A DNA stretch of 63,105 nt, filler included, from Folioceros fuciformis (Eukaryota): assembly GCA_049999805.1 (NCBI GenBank). It is 15 parts of 15 records of this genome, joined end to end, with 100 filler letters (N's around TTAATTAATTAA, not from the genome) between each part and the next. Parts side by side here need not be neighbours in the genome. Positions count along the whole stretch, not along the records: positions 23,686 to 25,935 come from JBNGIO010002010.1; positions 26,036 to 29,698 come from JBNGIO010002011.1; positions 29,799 to 32,606 come from JBNGIO010002012.1; positions 32,707 to 39,796 come from JBNGIO010002013.1; 11 more parts are not named here. The stretch is one strand, 5' to 3'. Below are positions 25,061 to 35,697 of this stretch, piece after piece. Within the stretch, counting starts at the first letter, position 1. Each line of letters opens with the position of its first letter. The notes below the pieces were generated by a model. The model saw only the letters and a program-made list of their open reading frames with translations. It was not told where the DNA came from and did not search any database. The translations under genes were made by a program, and so were the position numbers.

Positions 25061-25935
25061 GGCTCTGATACCAAGTTAAGTTTTTGGTATGCACTGACAA
25101 ATTCTCTGATCAAATTCAGCGCGCACTAAACATTGCAACAAGGACTAGACTTAATTTGCTGGGGGTTAAGGGCATGTAGCCTGTACCCGTGAAACGGTTA
25201 CATAACTGTATTTAGGGTTTACCCTTTCGTTTTAGGTATAACCCAATGCATAACTAAAGTATTATCTGCAACACTCCTCAGCTTAAGTCTAGTCAGTCTT
25301 CCTCTCACACATTCACTCTTTCACCCTTCTCCTTCTTACTCACTCACTCTTCATCCTCTCACACACACTCTTCGCCACCGAGTTGTCTTACACACTCTTC
25401 GCCACCGCGTTGTCTTACACACTCTTCGCCACCGCGTTGTCTTACACACTCTTCGCCACCGCGTCGTCTCACACACTCTTCGCCACCGCGTCGTCTCACA
25501 CACTCTTCGCCACCACGTCGGCTCACACACTCTTCCTAGATTCAAAATGCAACCAAGGGGTCAAGGAATAAGGGAAGGGAGCGTAGCTGGTGGATTCGTT
25601 CCTCACCTCAGTTACGGGCCACAGTCAGACATTCAGGGAATAAGGGAAGGAGAAGTTCTCCTTCCACTCCACGCAACTGGCGGATTCGTTCCCCTCACTT
25701 TCCACCACAGAGCACAACGAGCGATTCGGGGAATAAGGGAAGGTGACCTTCCACCTCGCAGAGAATTTGTTGATTCGTCCCCCTCGCCACGAGTTGTGGA
25801 GCAAAGCTCTTGACGCCCCTTAGGAGCGTCGCGCACACGCGCCCACCCAAACATCTCCAATCCAACCATGGACAGCGCGGGAACCTCGGTCGGGATGAGT
25901 TGCCAACTTTTGCTGATTAGTGAGGCATCAACATG
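25061..25935 (-). mobile_element. Second LTR 3' region plus tRNA-iMet PBS (25073-25061)
   Basis: Minus strand ...CTTAACT|TGGTATCAGAGCC; the upstream part shares motifs with the LTR at 16130-16655. Confidence 0.6.
25357..25535. repeat. 27-bp minisatellite (~6.5 copies)
   Basis: CACACTCTTCGCCACCGCGTTGTCTTA units with no unique spacers. Confidence 0.9.
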
Positions 25936-26149
25936 NNNNNNNNNNNNNNNNNNNNNNNNNNNNNNNNNNNNNNNNNNNNTTAATTAATTAANNNNNNNNN
26001 NNNNNNNNNNNNNNNNNNNNNNNNNNNNNNNNNNNTTTGTTATTTCGGTTATATTAGTTATAACCACCGATAACCGTTTGTACTATAAAAACATTTGCTC
26101 CAAGCAACATAAGTAATGTAAGCATATCTTAGAGCATGAAATGATTCTC

Positions 26150-27146
26150 ATCATTGCTCAGTTCTTAGAGAATCTAGGAAAGGATCACTGGGTTGCTCTT
26201 AAGCGCATCACGCGGTACCTCAAGGGTACTCCAAATTATGGCCTCTGATTCAAGCCTAGCGGAAAGAAGCATCTACTACTAACAGGCTTTGTCGATGCAG
26301 ATTGGGCTTCAAACGCAGACACCCAAAAAAGTATCTCAGCATATTGCTTTCTTGCTGGCTCCACTATTATTAATTGGTCTTGTAGAAAACAAGCTGCAAT
26401 ATCACTTTCGTCGACAGAATCGGAGTACAAAGCACTCACGGAAGCCACGAAAGAGGCTGAATGGGAAAGGAAGCTATGTGAAGATTTGGATATGAAGCAG
26501 GAAGGACCAACAGTGCTTAACTGTGACAATATGTTAGCCATTGCTCTTGTCACTAATCCTGTCTTTCATGCGCGCACGAAGCATATTTGAGATTCAACAC
26601 CATTATGTTCGTGATGCTGCTGGGAGGGGAATTGTTAAGGTATAGTATGTATTCACAGACGACAATACAGCAGATATACTGACAAAATCCTTGCCGAAGT
26701 TTAAACGTTGCTTCCACAGAGAAAGGCTTGGATTGGTTGACTGTAGTAGTTTTTGAAGGTAGACCAGTCACACGTTTGGTGAGGCGTATCTTATCACAGA
26801 ACGTTCAGTTACTTGAAGTTGACAGCTATTGTAGACCGCTTGCTTCAATCTTACTTACGGCTGGTGACGATCGGTAAGTTGAGTTTAGTTGAAGACCGTA
26901 GTACTTATACAATACTCCAGCGGCAAATGATTATTAGTTCTATATTTAGATAACCCAACTAGTCTGAGAGGGAGAGTTAGAAGTACAAACCGAGTTGGTT
27001 ATGAGTAACTTAGCTAGCGTGGTCATACCCTTTGGTATCTAGTACCGAAGAAGTACAACTCTTCAGACATAGGCTATAAAAGCCCACCTCTTGTAATCAA
27101 TTTTATCAATTAGTAAAGCACTATCTTTGATCAAATGTCCTATACT
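26150..27146 (+). mobile_element. Ty1/copia RT-end/RNase H remnant, PPT (26966-26974) and 3' LTR starting AGTTAG (26975)
   Basis: FVDADWA, ISLSSTESEY, NPVFHARTKH; PPT GAGAGGGAG; TATAAAA at ~27075. LTR end uncertain. Confidence 0.8.
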
Positions 27147-27154
27147 AGTGTATA

Positions 27155-27223
27155 GGATGCGGTGAAATATGTGGAGTGTGTGTACCTACAAGGTACACAC
27201 ACTCCACATATTTCACCGCGTCC
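27155..27223. repeat. Fold-back: 33-bp arms with a 3-nt loop (possible minimal MITE)
   Basis: GGATGCGGTGAAATATGTGGAGTGTGTGTACCT-ACA-AGGTACACACACTCCACATATTTCACCGCGTCC; one mismatch (T.G). Confidence 0.85.
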
Positions 27224-27326
27224 ACCACTGAAGGACACAATGAGAGCAGGGGCCGGTAACATACCCATGACGTTGTGACGAAATCACATCATTGGCACCC
27301 CATCGCCCAGGAAGAGGCAATGAGCG

Positions 27327-28019
27327 ATGGTTGCAGGAAGCCCGCTTGTGCACGTGCACATCAAGAAGCTGAAGATAATGGTTCCTCTAAACTTTGACTT
27401 CCCAGAATTCTCGATTGAGCCGCCTGATGGGGGCACACCCTTGCAAGCCAGGAAAATAACATCCTCCGACTGCAGTGTGGTGGAGCTACACGTGCCGTCG
27501 TCGATGCCTATTGGCGCAACATACGATGGGTCATACTTTGAGCCTCGTACTGTGGCTGCGGAGATAGTGGATGCTGTCGCCCGTCTCTTTCACCTGGATA
27601 GGAGTAGCCCGGGGCCAGGGTGCTTCGTCGAGCGAATCCAGCGGGTATTCTCTCGAAGCTCGCCAACAACATTGCTCACCGACGACCCGCTGAGCTTCAC
27701 ACTAGGCAGTACAACGTCACAGAGCTCTCACCAGCTGCAAACTATGCTGCTTTATGTATGGGATCCAGCCGTGCAGATGACGGAACACATGGTCAGAGTG
27801 CATCGAGCAAAGGCAGGGGTTATCGATGTTGCTGGATTGGTGGAGGGTATGGCAAACACTAAGGGTGGTGATTACTCGCAAGACGACTCCAAGCGTATAG
27901 GGTCCATGGAGCGTGGCTTGGCCGGCCACACCACGTGTGGTGGGGGGTCTGCAGTGTCCTCCCCATACATGGAGGGCACTCCGGCTATCGGAGACGACGA
28001 TTGTTGCATTGTGGACTGA
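27327..28019 (+). CDS. Hypothetical 230-aa ORF, family not recognised
   Basis: ATG-initiated ORF with protein-like composition in a transposon-rich contig; may be spliced or decayed. Confidence 0.3.
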   Translation: MVAGSPLVHVHIKKLKIMVPLNFDFPEFSIEPPDGGTPLQARKITSSDCSVVELHVPSSMPIGATYDGSYFEPRTVAAEIVDAVARLFHLDRSSPGPGCFVERIQRVFSRSSPTTLLTDDPLSFTLGSTTSQSSHQLQTMLLYVWDPAVQMTEHMVRVHRAKAGVIDVAGLVEGMANTKGGDYSQDDSKRIGSMERGLAGHTTCGGGSAVSSPYMEGTPAIGDDDCCIVD

Positions 28020-29798
28020 TGGCAGCCCCGACGTGGCAGCTCCCCTCAGGCACCGGCGAGAGGAAGACCGAGTCAATCTGGTGCTGTGGACGCAATGGGC
28101 CTTCTTGCAATCGCAACTGCCACTGAGGCGTACGCGGCACTCGTGGCGACTTGGGAGGCGGCGACTTGCTATCTACAGCAAGCAAAGGAGGCAATATTCT
28201 ACGTAGTGCCCTGAAAGAAGCCGAAGCCTCTTCAGGGCCAAAGTGTTTTTCGATAAGGTGGATGAGGCACGGAAGAGGAAGGGTGGGGATGAAGCAAAGC
28301 CAAAGCACTGTCGTGTTAGGGCAATGTTGTGATTTGTCGAGTCTTGAGCCTGGCGAGCACCACTTGAAGCTTGGGGTTCCGGCTTGCACATGCAGCATTT
28401 GTACCTGTATCCTAGTGTTGTTTCCCACTACTCTCCATGTCACAAATTGCAGCACAATTTGCTGCAAGTGAGGACAGTCCATGTCTAGAAAATGGAAGAT
28501 TCTGATTAAAGAGATTGCAGCAAACGCTTGCAGCAATCTGGGTTTGAAAGGAGCTGCGTGACACACGTAGCTTGGTGAGTCAGTAAGTTACGCCATGAAC
28601 TGCAACCCTGGAATGAAAGGCACTGAAAACACTCCTCATCCTAGCTCCCAATTCCAGAGAACACAAAAACATGGTTTGAGCTGCCTTCCCTAAAATACAG
28701 TGTTGCACGACGTAACTTCAACAACTACCGACTTCTGCCATGGCTGCCCCTTTTGCCTAGCATCAGCCATCTTCACGATCTACCATCGAGCTGAGTTGGC
28801 TTCACACTCTTGCATCAGCGCTTGTCCTTCCATGATGCCTTGCTAGTGTACCCTAATTTTTGCTGTTTTCCCATGTTGGGCTGCAGGGTTACACTAACAA
28901 CAAGTTGGGAAATACCCAACATGTGTTCCAACTCAACTTGCCTAGGAATATCTAGTTATTTCTAAGCTAGTCTACAAATTATCTAGCTAACCTAGGTTCA
29001 TTTATCCTAGCATTGGTTTACTTAAGACATATATTTGCTATTCTATTCTAAACAACATTGGCTGAGGGTTTCTTATCTAATCGGCGGTCACCTTCATGAC
29101 AGCATGCCGTTGTGCTGGCCGAGCTACAGACCATCCTGGATAGAGGGACAGGAGCAGGGGACGGCGCGGGAAGGGCCTTGGTTCGCCAACTAGTGTAACC
29201 ATACCAAGGTTTGAACTACATGACGTTGCCACCATCCAGGGGTTCATTGCAGAGCGGACGTCGCCGGCTGCTATGGTCATAAGACTACTGCACGAAGTGG
29301 AACTTAGTATGGACCTGGCAGCGGCAAAGCTTGAAGACCTATGGGAGGCCTGGGCCACAAATAATTTGCAGGAGACGGTGGACCAGTTTGATCTGCTCCG
29401 GTTGCAAGCCCGCCATCGCGAGTGGATCCGCATGCGAGAGGAGAGGCGCAGGAGGTCGCACTACTACTTACGGAGGTTGAGGAAATGAACATCCATGTTG
29501 CGCAGAGGCCTGCGACGAGGCAGACGCTGCGATGCGTAGATATGCTCTTACCAACCACACATTGCACCCAATTGCGGCTCAACAGCGCAGAAGAGCACAA
29601 CGGTCCCCAGTGCTGAAGGTGAGGTGCACTTGGCGGCTGTGTGGGTGCCGCCACGGACAACCAAGGATATGTGGTGGGGATGGTGGCTAAGCCAAGGGNN
29701 NNNNNNNNNNNNNNNNNNNNNNNNNNNNNNNNNNNNNNNNNNTTAATTAATTAANNNNNNNNNNNNNNNNNNNNNNNNNNNNNNNNNNNNNNNNNNNN

Positions 29799-32472
29799 TG
29801 CTATTTCAACATGGTATCAGAGCTAGAGAGAGCGCCGGCGGCCATTGCAACTATGGGGGGGGGTTTCAGGCTATGGCCTTGAGCGTCAAGGCGGCTGGCA
29901 ACGCAAGCCATTGAGAGGCGCAGGAGGCGCAGCGGCATAGGTGGCGTAGGAAGCCGCAACAGGCGCCACAGCGCAAGAGCGCACGAGAGCCGCGAGAGGG
30001 AGAGAGACTCAGGAGGAGCAGCAACTACTGGAGGCAACCAAGCCGTGGAAGCCACAGCAGGCCCAGGATTTGCGAGGAGAAAGGCCTGAACTTGGCAAAC
30101 AATGTTTTGTTTTTTTTTGTTTTTTGAAAGCTTGAGCAAAGGCGGTTTTTGCTTAGCGAAGAGTCAGCTGCACATTCAGGAATTGTTGAGATTTGATTGA
30201 GGCTTGTGGAGTGCTGGAGCTCTATAGCAGTGCAGGGAGTTGCAGGACAAGTGTTGGTGCGTAAAGGAGCCTGAATCATGGCTAATGTGCAGGGATCAGA
30301 CAATATCTCTCAGGTCGTGGGAGAGAAGTTGGATAACAAGAATTTTGCTTTGTGGAAGTTCAGGATGAAGAACTTCTTGGTAGGTAGAGGCTATTAAGAC
30401 CTCTGCACAGGTGATGAGAGTGAACCAGAGATGGATCGTACTCCATCACAGGAGCAAAAGACTGCTCACAAGCATTGGACTGAGAGAGCATGTAAAGTGT
30501 TACACTGGCTCTCCTTAAGCATTTCAAATGCTATGGTCATACAGATCACGGGATGTGAGTCTCCGAAGGATGCATGGGACATACTCATGAGGAGCTATGG
30601 AAATGTCACACATGCTAGGAAAATCCAGTTGAAGCAGCAGTTCAACAACTTGTCACGAGGTAGCAGGTCCATACTCGTGTATACAACAGAGGTGAAGACC
30701 ATAGCTGATCAGCTTGCTACAATCGGTGCAAGTGTGACGGAAGATGACATGGTTGCAGTTACTCTGAACAGACTTGGCAAGGAGTACAAGTCCTTTGACA
30801 CATCAATCTCCGTGAGAGTTGAGTTCTCAAGTTGGGATGAATTGGTTGCTTTGTTGCTGCATGAGGAAGTTAAGCTTGGTCTGAACACAGGTTCAGGTAT
30901 ATCTCAAGGGAGAGACACTGGTTTGTTTTCTAACCAGCGTGGGAGAGGCCACAGAGGTCGTGGTTCATTCCGAGGACGGGGTGATGCTTGGAACACGCAA
31001 AATTAGCAAGACAATTGGCGTGGAGGAAATGCGCAAGGCCAGAGAGAATCTGGAAGTTTTAGAGGCGCAGGTAGAGCCACAAGAGGAAGAGATGGTTCTT
31101 TTCAATCTCATGACCATTCTAATAGAGACAAGGAGTGTTACTACTGTGGTAAGGTTGGTCATATTGCTAAGGACTGCTATAAGCAGCAAGCAGACATGAG
31201 AGGAAAAGGAAGGCAGCCTGGGAACTATGCCTCCTCTAGTAATGCTGGAAATGACCAGGATAGGTTGTTTGTCATGCAACATCTCTCTGAACAGGATGGG
31301 CAGAATGATGAGAGATGGTACATTGATTCAGGAGCATCAAACCACATGACTCCGCATGGCGAGTGGTTTAACAAGATGGATGCAGGTCCCCATGGCCATG
31401 TGTGTACAGGAGATGACACACAACATGACATAAAGCACATAGGAATTGTTCCTCTTAGGATGCCGAATGGTCAGTAGAAGAGTCTGCAAGATGTGTTGCA
31501 TGTTCCAACCATTACGAAGAACCTGTTGTCTGTTGGACAGATGGCTAAACAAAATCTGCAGGTTCGATTCAATAAGGATGGATGCTTTATTGAAGAATAT
31601 GACACAGGGCGCAAATTGATTGCTAAAGGTAGTAGGAATGGACGGATGTTCACTCTGGATGCATCCATTCCAGAGCTAAATGCAGCAATGTTTGCAAATG
31701 ATGCAGGTGCCATACGTGATGTTGAAATATGGTATAAGAGGATTGGGCATGTGAACATAGAGAAGCTGAAATCTATGCAACAGAAAAGCGTGGTGGAAGG
31801 ATTGCCCAAGTTCAAGTATGCTGATCTTGGTCATGTGTGTTCTGCATGTCAATTTGGAAAACAGTCAAGGTTTCCATTTGTGCGACACGTGCAGAACAGC
31901 TCCAGACCTTTGCAATTGATACACTCTAATATATGGGGTCCTTCACAGAATGCATCGTTTGGAGGAGCCCACTACTATGTCTCCTTCATTGATGATTTCA
32001 GCAGGTACACGTGGCTGTACATACTGAAGCATAAGGATGAAGTGTTTGAGTCTTTCAAGGACTTCAAAAAGCATAATGAAAATGAATTCAGCTGCTCCAT
32101 CTCTTGTCTAAGATCAGATGGAGGGAGAGAATATGTCTCAAATGAGTTTGACAGGTATCTTGCAGATCATGGTATACGAAGACAGTTGGCTTGCAGATAC
32201 ACACCACAGCAGAATGGTGTTGTAGAGAGGAAGAACAGGGTAGTCATGGAAACAGCAAGGGCAATGCTGAATGAGAAGTGCATACCTAATGATTATTGGG
32301 CAGAAGCAGTGATGACAGCAGTGTATGTACTGAATCGAACTCCTACGGCAAGAATTCATGATGCTACACCAATTGAGAGACTGTATGGCTATAAGCCGGA
32401 TATTAGGCACTTGAAAGTGTTTGGGTGCATTGCATATGTGCATGTACCTGATGAGAAGCATAGGAAGCTGGA
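29799..32472 (+). mobile_element. Ty1/copia element: LTR end, iMet PBS (29812-29823), gag-protease-integrase with in-frame stops
   Basis: TTCAACA|TGGTATCAGAGC; ATG at 30278; CYYCGKVGHIAKDC, WYIDSGASNHM, LRSDGGREY and QNGVVER. Confidence 0.95.
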
Positions 32473-32606
32473 TGTGAACCTCCAAAGTTTGGGGTAGTAG
32501 TTTGTTTTGGTTGGAAAAGGTTTAACAGTGGTATGGTTTGGTTTTCTTTTTCTACTTACTTTCCCTAATTTTCCTTGATTTTCTGGTCATTTTTCCTATT
32601 TTTCTT
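32473..32606 (+). mobile_element. 5' terminus of TGTGAACC-family LTR inserted into copia integrase
   Basis: TGTGAACCTCCAAAGTTTGGGGTAGTAG directly after the RKLD codons. Confidence 0.75.
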
Positions 32607-32818
32607 NNNNNNNNNNNNNNNNNNNNNNNNNNNNNNNNNNNNNNNNNNNNTTAATTAATTAANNNNNNNNNNNNNNNNNNNNNNNNNNNNNNNNNNNNNN
32701 NNNNNNCATCTTCTTGAATAAAATTATATTATCTAGAATTAGATTAACTAAATTCAAATAATGAAGGAAGCTAAGTAATGAAAGACCAAGGATTTCACTA
32801 CATTAAATAATGGGTGAA

Positions 32819-32980
32819 GTTGGATCTTACATGGCTAGGGTTGGATCTTACATGGTTAGGGTTGGATCTTACATGGTTAGGGTTGGATCTTACATGGCTA
32901 GGGTTGAATATTATATGGCTAGGGTTGGATATTACATGGCTAGGGTTGGATATTATATGGCTAGGGTTGGATCTTACATG
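32819..32980. repeat. 21-bp minisatellite (~7.5 copies)
   Basis: GTTGGATCTTACATGGCTAGG units. Confidence 0.9.
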
Positions 32981-33569
32981 GGAGATATTGAGGGTTTATA
33001 TATAATTTAGTTTTATTTATTAGACCATTTATTTATTAGACCAATTGGCACTTACTGATTCTACATTCGCTATCGATTTCAGGAGAAGACTTGGGCGTTG
33101 ATGGTGAGGGTAGGGATTTCAGGAGAAGACTTGGGCGTTGATGGTGAGGGTAGGGAATATTCATATGCAGCTGGGCCACAACTTCTTTTGTTCGCATATC
33201 TCTAAACCCTGGTAGCCTGAAAAGTATAACGTAACGTCCACATATGCGTCAGACAGCATTTCGGACTGCCCTTCGATGAAACCGGACCTAAGCACGATCA
33301 GGAAAAATGGCTAACGCCAGAGCGATCAGAAAAGATGGCGGGCCCAAGGACAATCAGGAAACAGCCAGGCGAAACCGCCATGATGGAAACATTCCCTAGC
33401 ATATCACAATCGGTTTTGCTCCACTTAGTAAGTGCATGCAATTTTTCCAACCACAATCGGTGTTGCTACGCTTGGTATGCGCACCCGGTTGACTTCTGAG
33501 TTTCGCAGATATGCCTGTCAGACTTGTACACGTGAGGTAAGTTTTGTGAGACGCGGGTTATGAGTTCAT

Positions 33570-34921
33570 TCAGGCGTCCTGTGCCTGAAGCGTTCGATCT
33601 GGCAGTTCGAACTTCTTCTGCCAGCCTTGAATGATCATAGCATCCGGGGAGTCTGTCTTCTGGAAGCTAGGCCGCGACTCCATTTTCTGGAAACGTGGGC
33701 ATGCGAACATTGTTAGGGCTTACCAACGGGGAGTCGGCAAAGAGGAAGCAAGAATTTTACGTTTGTTACCTGCACGTAGTTGTGAACTGCTTTGAATTCG
33801 TCAGGAATGTGGAAGCCGTAGAAATGCCCGAGAGCAACTCTAGCATGCCTTAGTTTTGGAGCCAGAGCGAAGTCGGACATAGTAGGTTTATCTCCCGCTA
33901 TGTATGGACCCTGCATACAACCGGGGCCTTGATGTGTTAGGCTTGGCTTTGAAGCTCAGTCACCGATTAGTGATGGTGAACTGGAGCCTCTGGTTCCCGC
34001 TTACATGCTTCTTCAGTTCTTCATCCAAAGACTGAAGCTGCTTCAAATACTCCTCCTTGGAAGGATCCTCCGGATTCTGCTTCTTTAACCAGGCCGTGAA
34101 TGCCGGAAACACGCCCTCGCCCCTGCGACAATGCGCTGCTGTGAGCGCCACCTTTTCGATGCTGGTAGCAATGCAAGTTGTGCTTACACTTTCGAATATT
34201 CCTCGGGTGTTTTGAGGGAAGGCTCCGGATATTTCTCCTCAAGGTATTGAGCGATCTTTTGAGAATCTTGTAGCCAAAAGTCTCCATCCCGGAGCACCGG
34301 CATCAGCCCCGAGGGATTCTTCTCGGTAAACCTGACCATACACTCGGCAATGTCAGAAATGCAGCCGAATGCAATTCATTTCTCGTAGGGGATTGAAAGA
34401 GAGCTCGACCAGCCAGGCTTGTCGGGCCCTTCCTGAATGTAGGTGGCTATGTATGGGAGTCCCTTCTCTGCAAAATTTGGTTTCAACGTTAGCTTTCAAC
34501 ACCAGATTCGTCATTTAGTATATCTAACGAGCTCCCCTTGATTCAACAGATTGAAGTCACCTTCAAGCTCCAGATAAACGCTCTGAGAGAATGGACCTGC
34601 AAGGAAGGACGATGAACATTGTGAGCCACGCTGATGAAACAATGAAATCAAGCATTCTGATCGCGAGCAGTGCTCACAGTCTCCACGGTCTTTGCTGGGG
34701 CTGCCAGTGCCTGATTTTGCCTTGCCAAAGGCTTCCAAATCTGGTTTCTGAGCCATGGCCCGCACTGTTAATCTGCTTGCGAACTGAGCGTTCCCGCCGA
34801 ATCTAGCTCCAGATGAGATGAACAAACCGGCGGGCTTATGAGGCAGATGGTGAGGGAGCGCGGCAAAGAGAGACTGAGCAACCGTTGGCGGAGATCTGAT
34901 GAAGGCGGTGCAACTGCCCAT
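33570..34921 (-). CDS. DHAR: Dehydroascorbate reductase (GST family) with a predicted plastid transit peptide
   Basis: Multi-exon gene: transit-like N-terminus ending LTVRAMA, spliced GDCPFSQ, KPGWF..NPSG..PVL, GPYIAG, D..LAPKL.H..VALGHF, IIQGW. Confidence 0.88.
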
Positions 34922-35697
34922 TTCGCGTCTACAGACTGTGTCCAGGCAATAAACCAGGCTGCGACGACCAAAGAAAAACCGATCTCCATGGACATGCAGA
35001 ATGCCAAGTGGCATCAGACTTGGGTCCAGAACAAGAAGCCAAGTGGACAAGCGCATGATTCTGTGTACTACAGAGCTCAGGTTTGACCCCATAGTCGTGT
35101 CAGCTCACAAGTTAAACAAACATCGAATCAACTCAGATGAGATAATTACAACATCATGGTCTCTCTTCCGAAAACTTACTGCTCGTACAAACTTTGGCAG
35201 CCTACTAAACCAGAACTTGGCCTGTCGAGAATGGGAACGTTCAGTTTTTGTGTGGCCAAACGTTACTCGTTGAGGCAAGCCTTGCTAAGACACTACCTCA
35301 TCCCCATCACAACCTTCGGAGAATCCTTTGCACGGGATCCTACGGTTGCGAATCTCCTTTGAGAGTTCAGTCTCTGTGAGACAGCCGAAAGTATTGATCC
35401 TTTTCGCGCGCATAGCATGCTCCAGGATTGGCACCTGGATTTCTGCACACATGGAAAATGTGGTTATTTGGACTGTGCCTTTGAGAGATGCATGAAAGCT
35501 GGAACAAGCTTAATCCAGGGCGGAATACGCAGTTACCAACCCACCTGCTTCTCGGCCTTCAGCGCTGCAGCTCAATTCTCTAGCTTGGGATGTGTGGCAC
35601 CCTGGAAACTGAGTCAATGCATCCAAAGATCATACCCGAGGGTTGAGGTGGCTTCCTCGACAACTCAGCTCATACACAATCTCGGACCGAGTTTGAG

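Noticed and set aside
25357-25535. CRISPR array or repeat protein (RRVCETTRW)n
   Set aside because: Simple 27-bp minisatellite; the ORFs are a by-product of a unit length divisible by three.
32819-32980. Telomeric array or repeat-peptide ORFs
   Set aside because: TAGGGTT is embedded in a 21-bp unit rather than a TTTAGGG array; no coding evidence.
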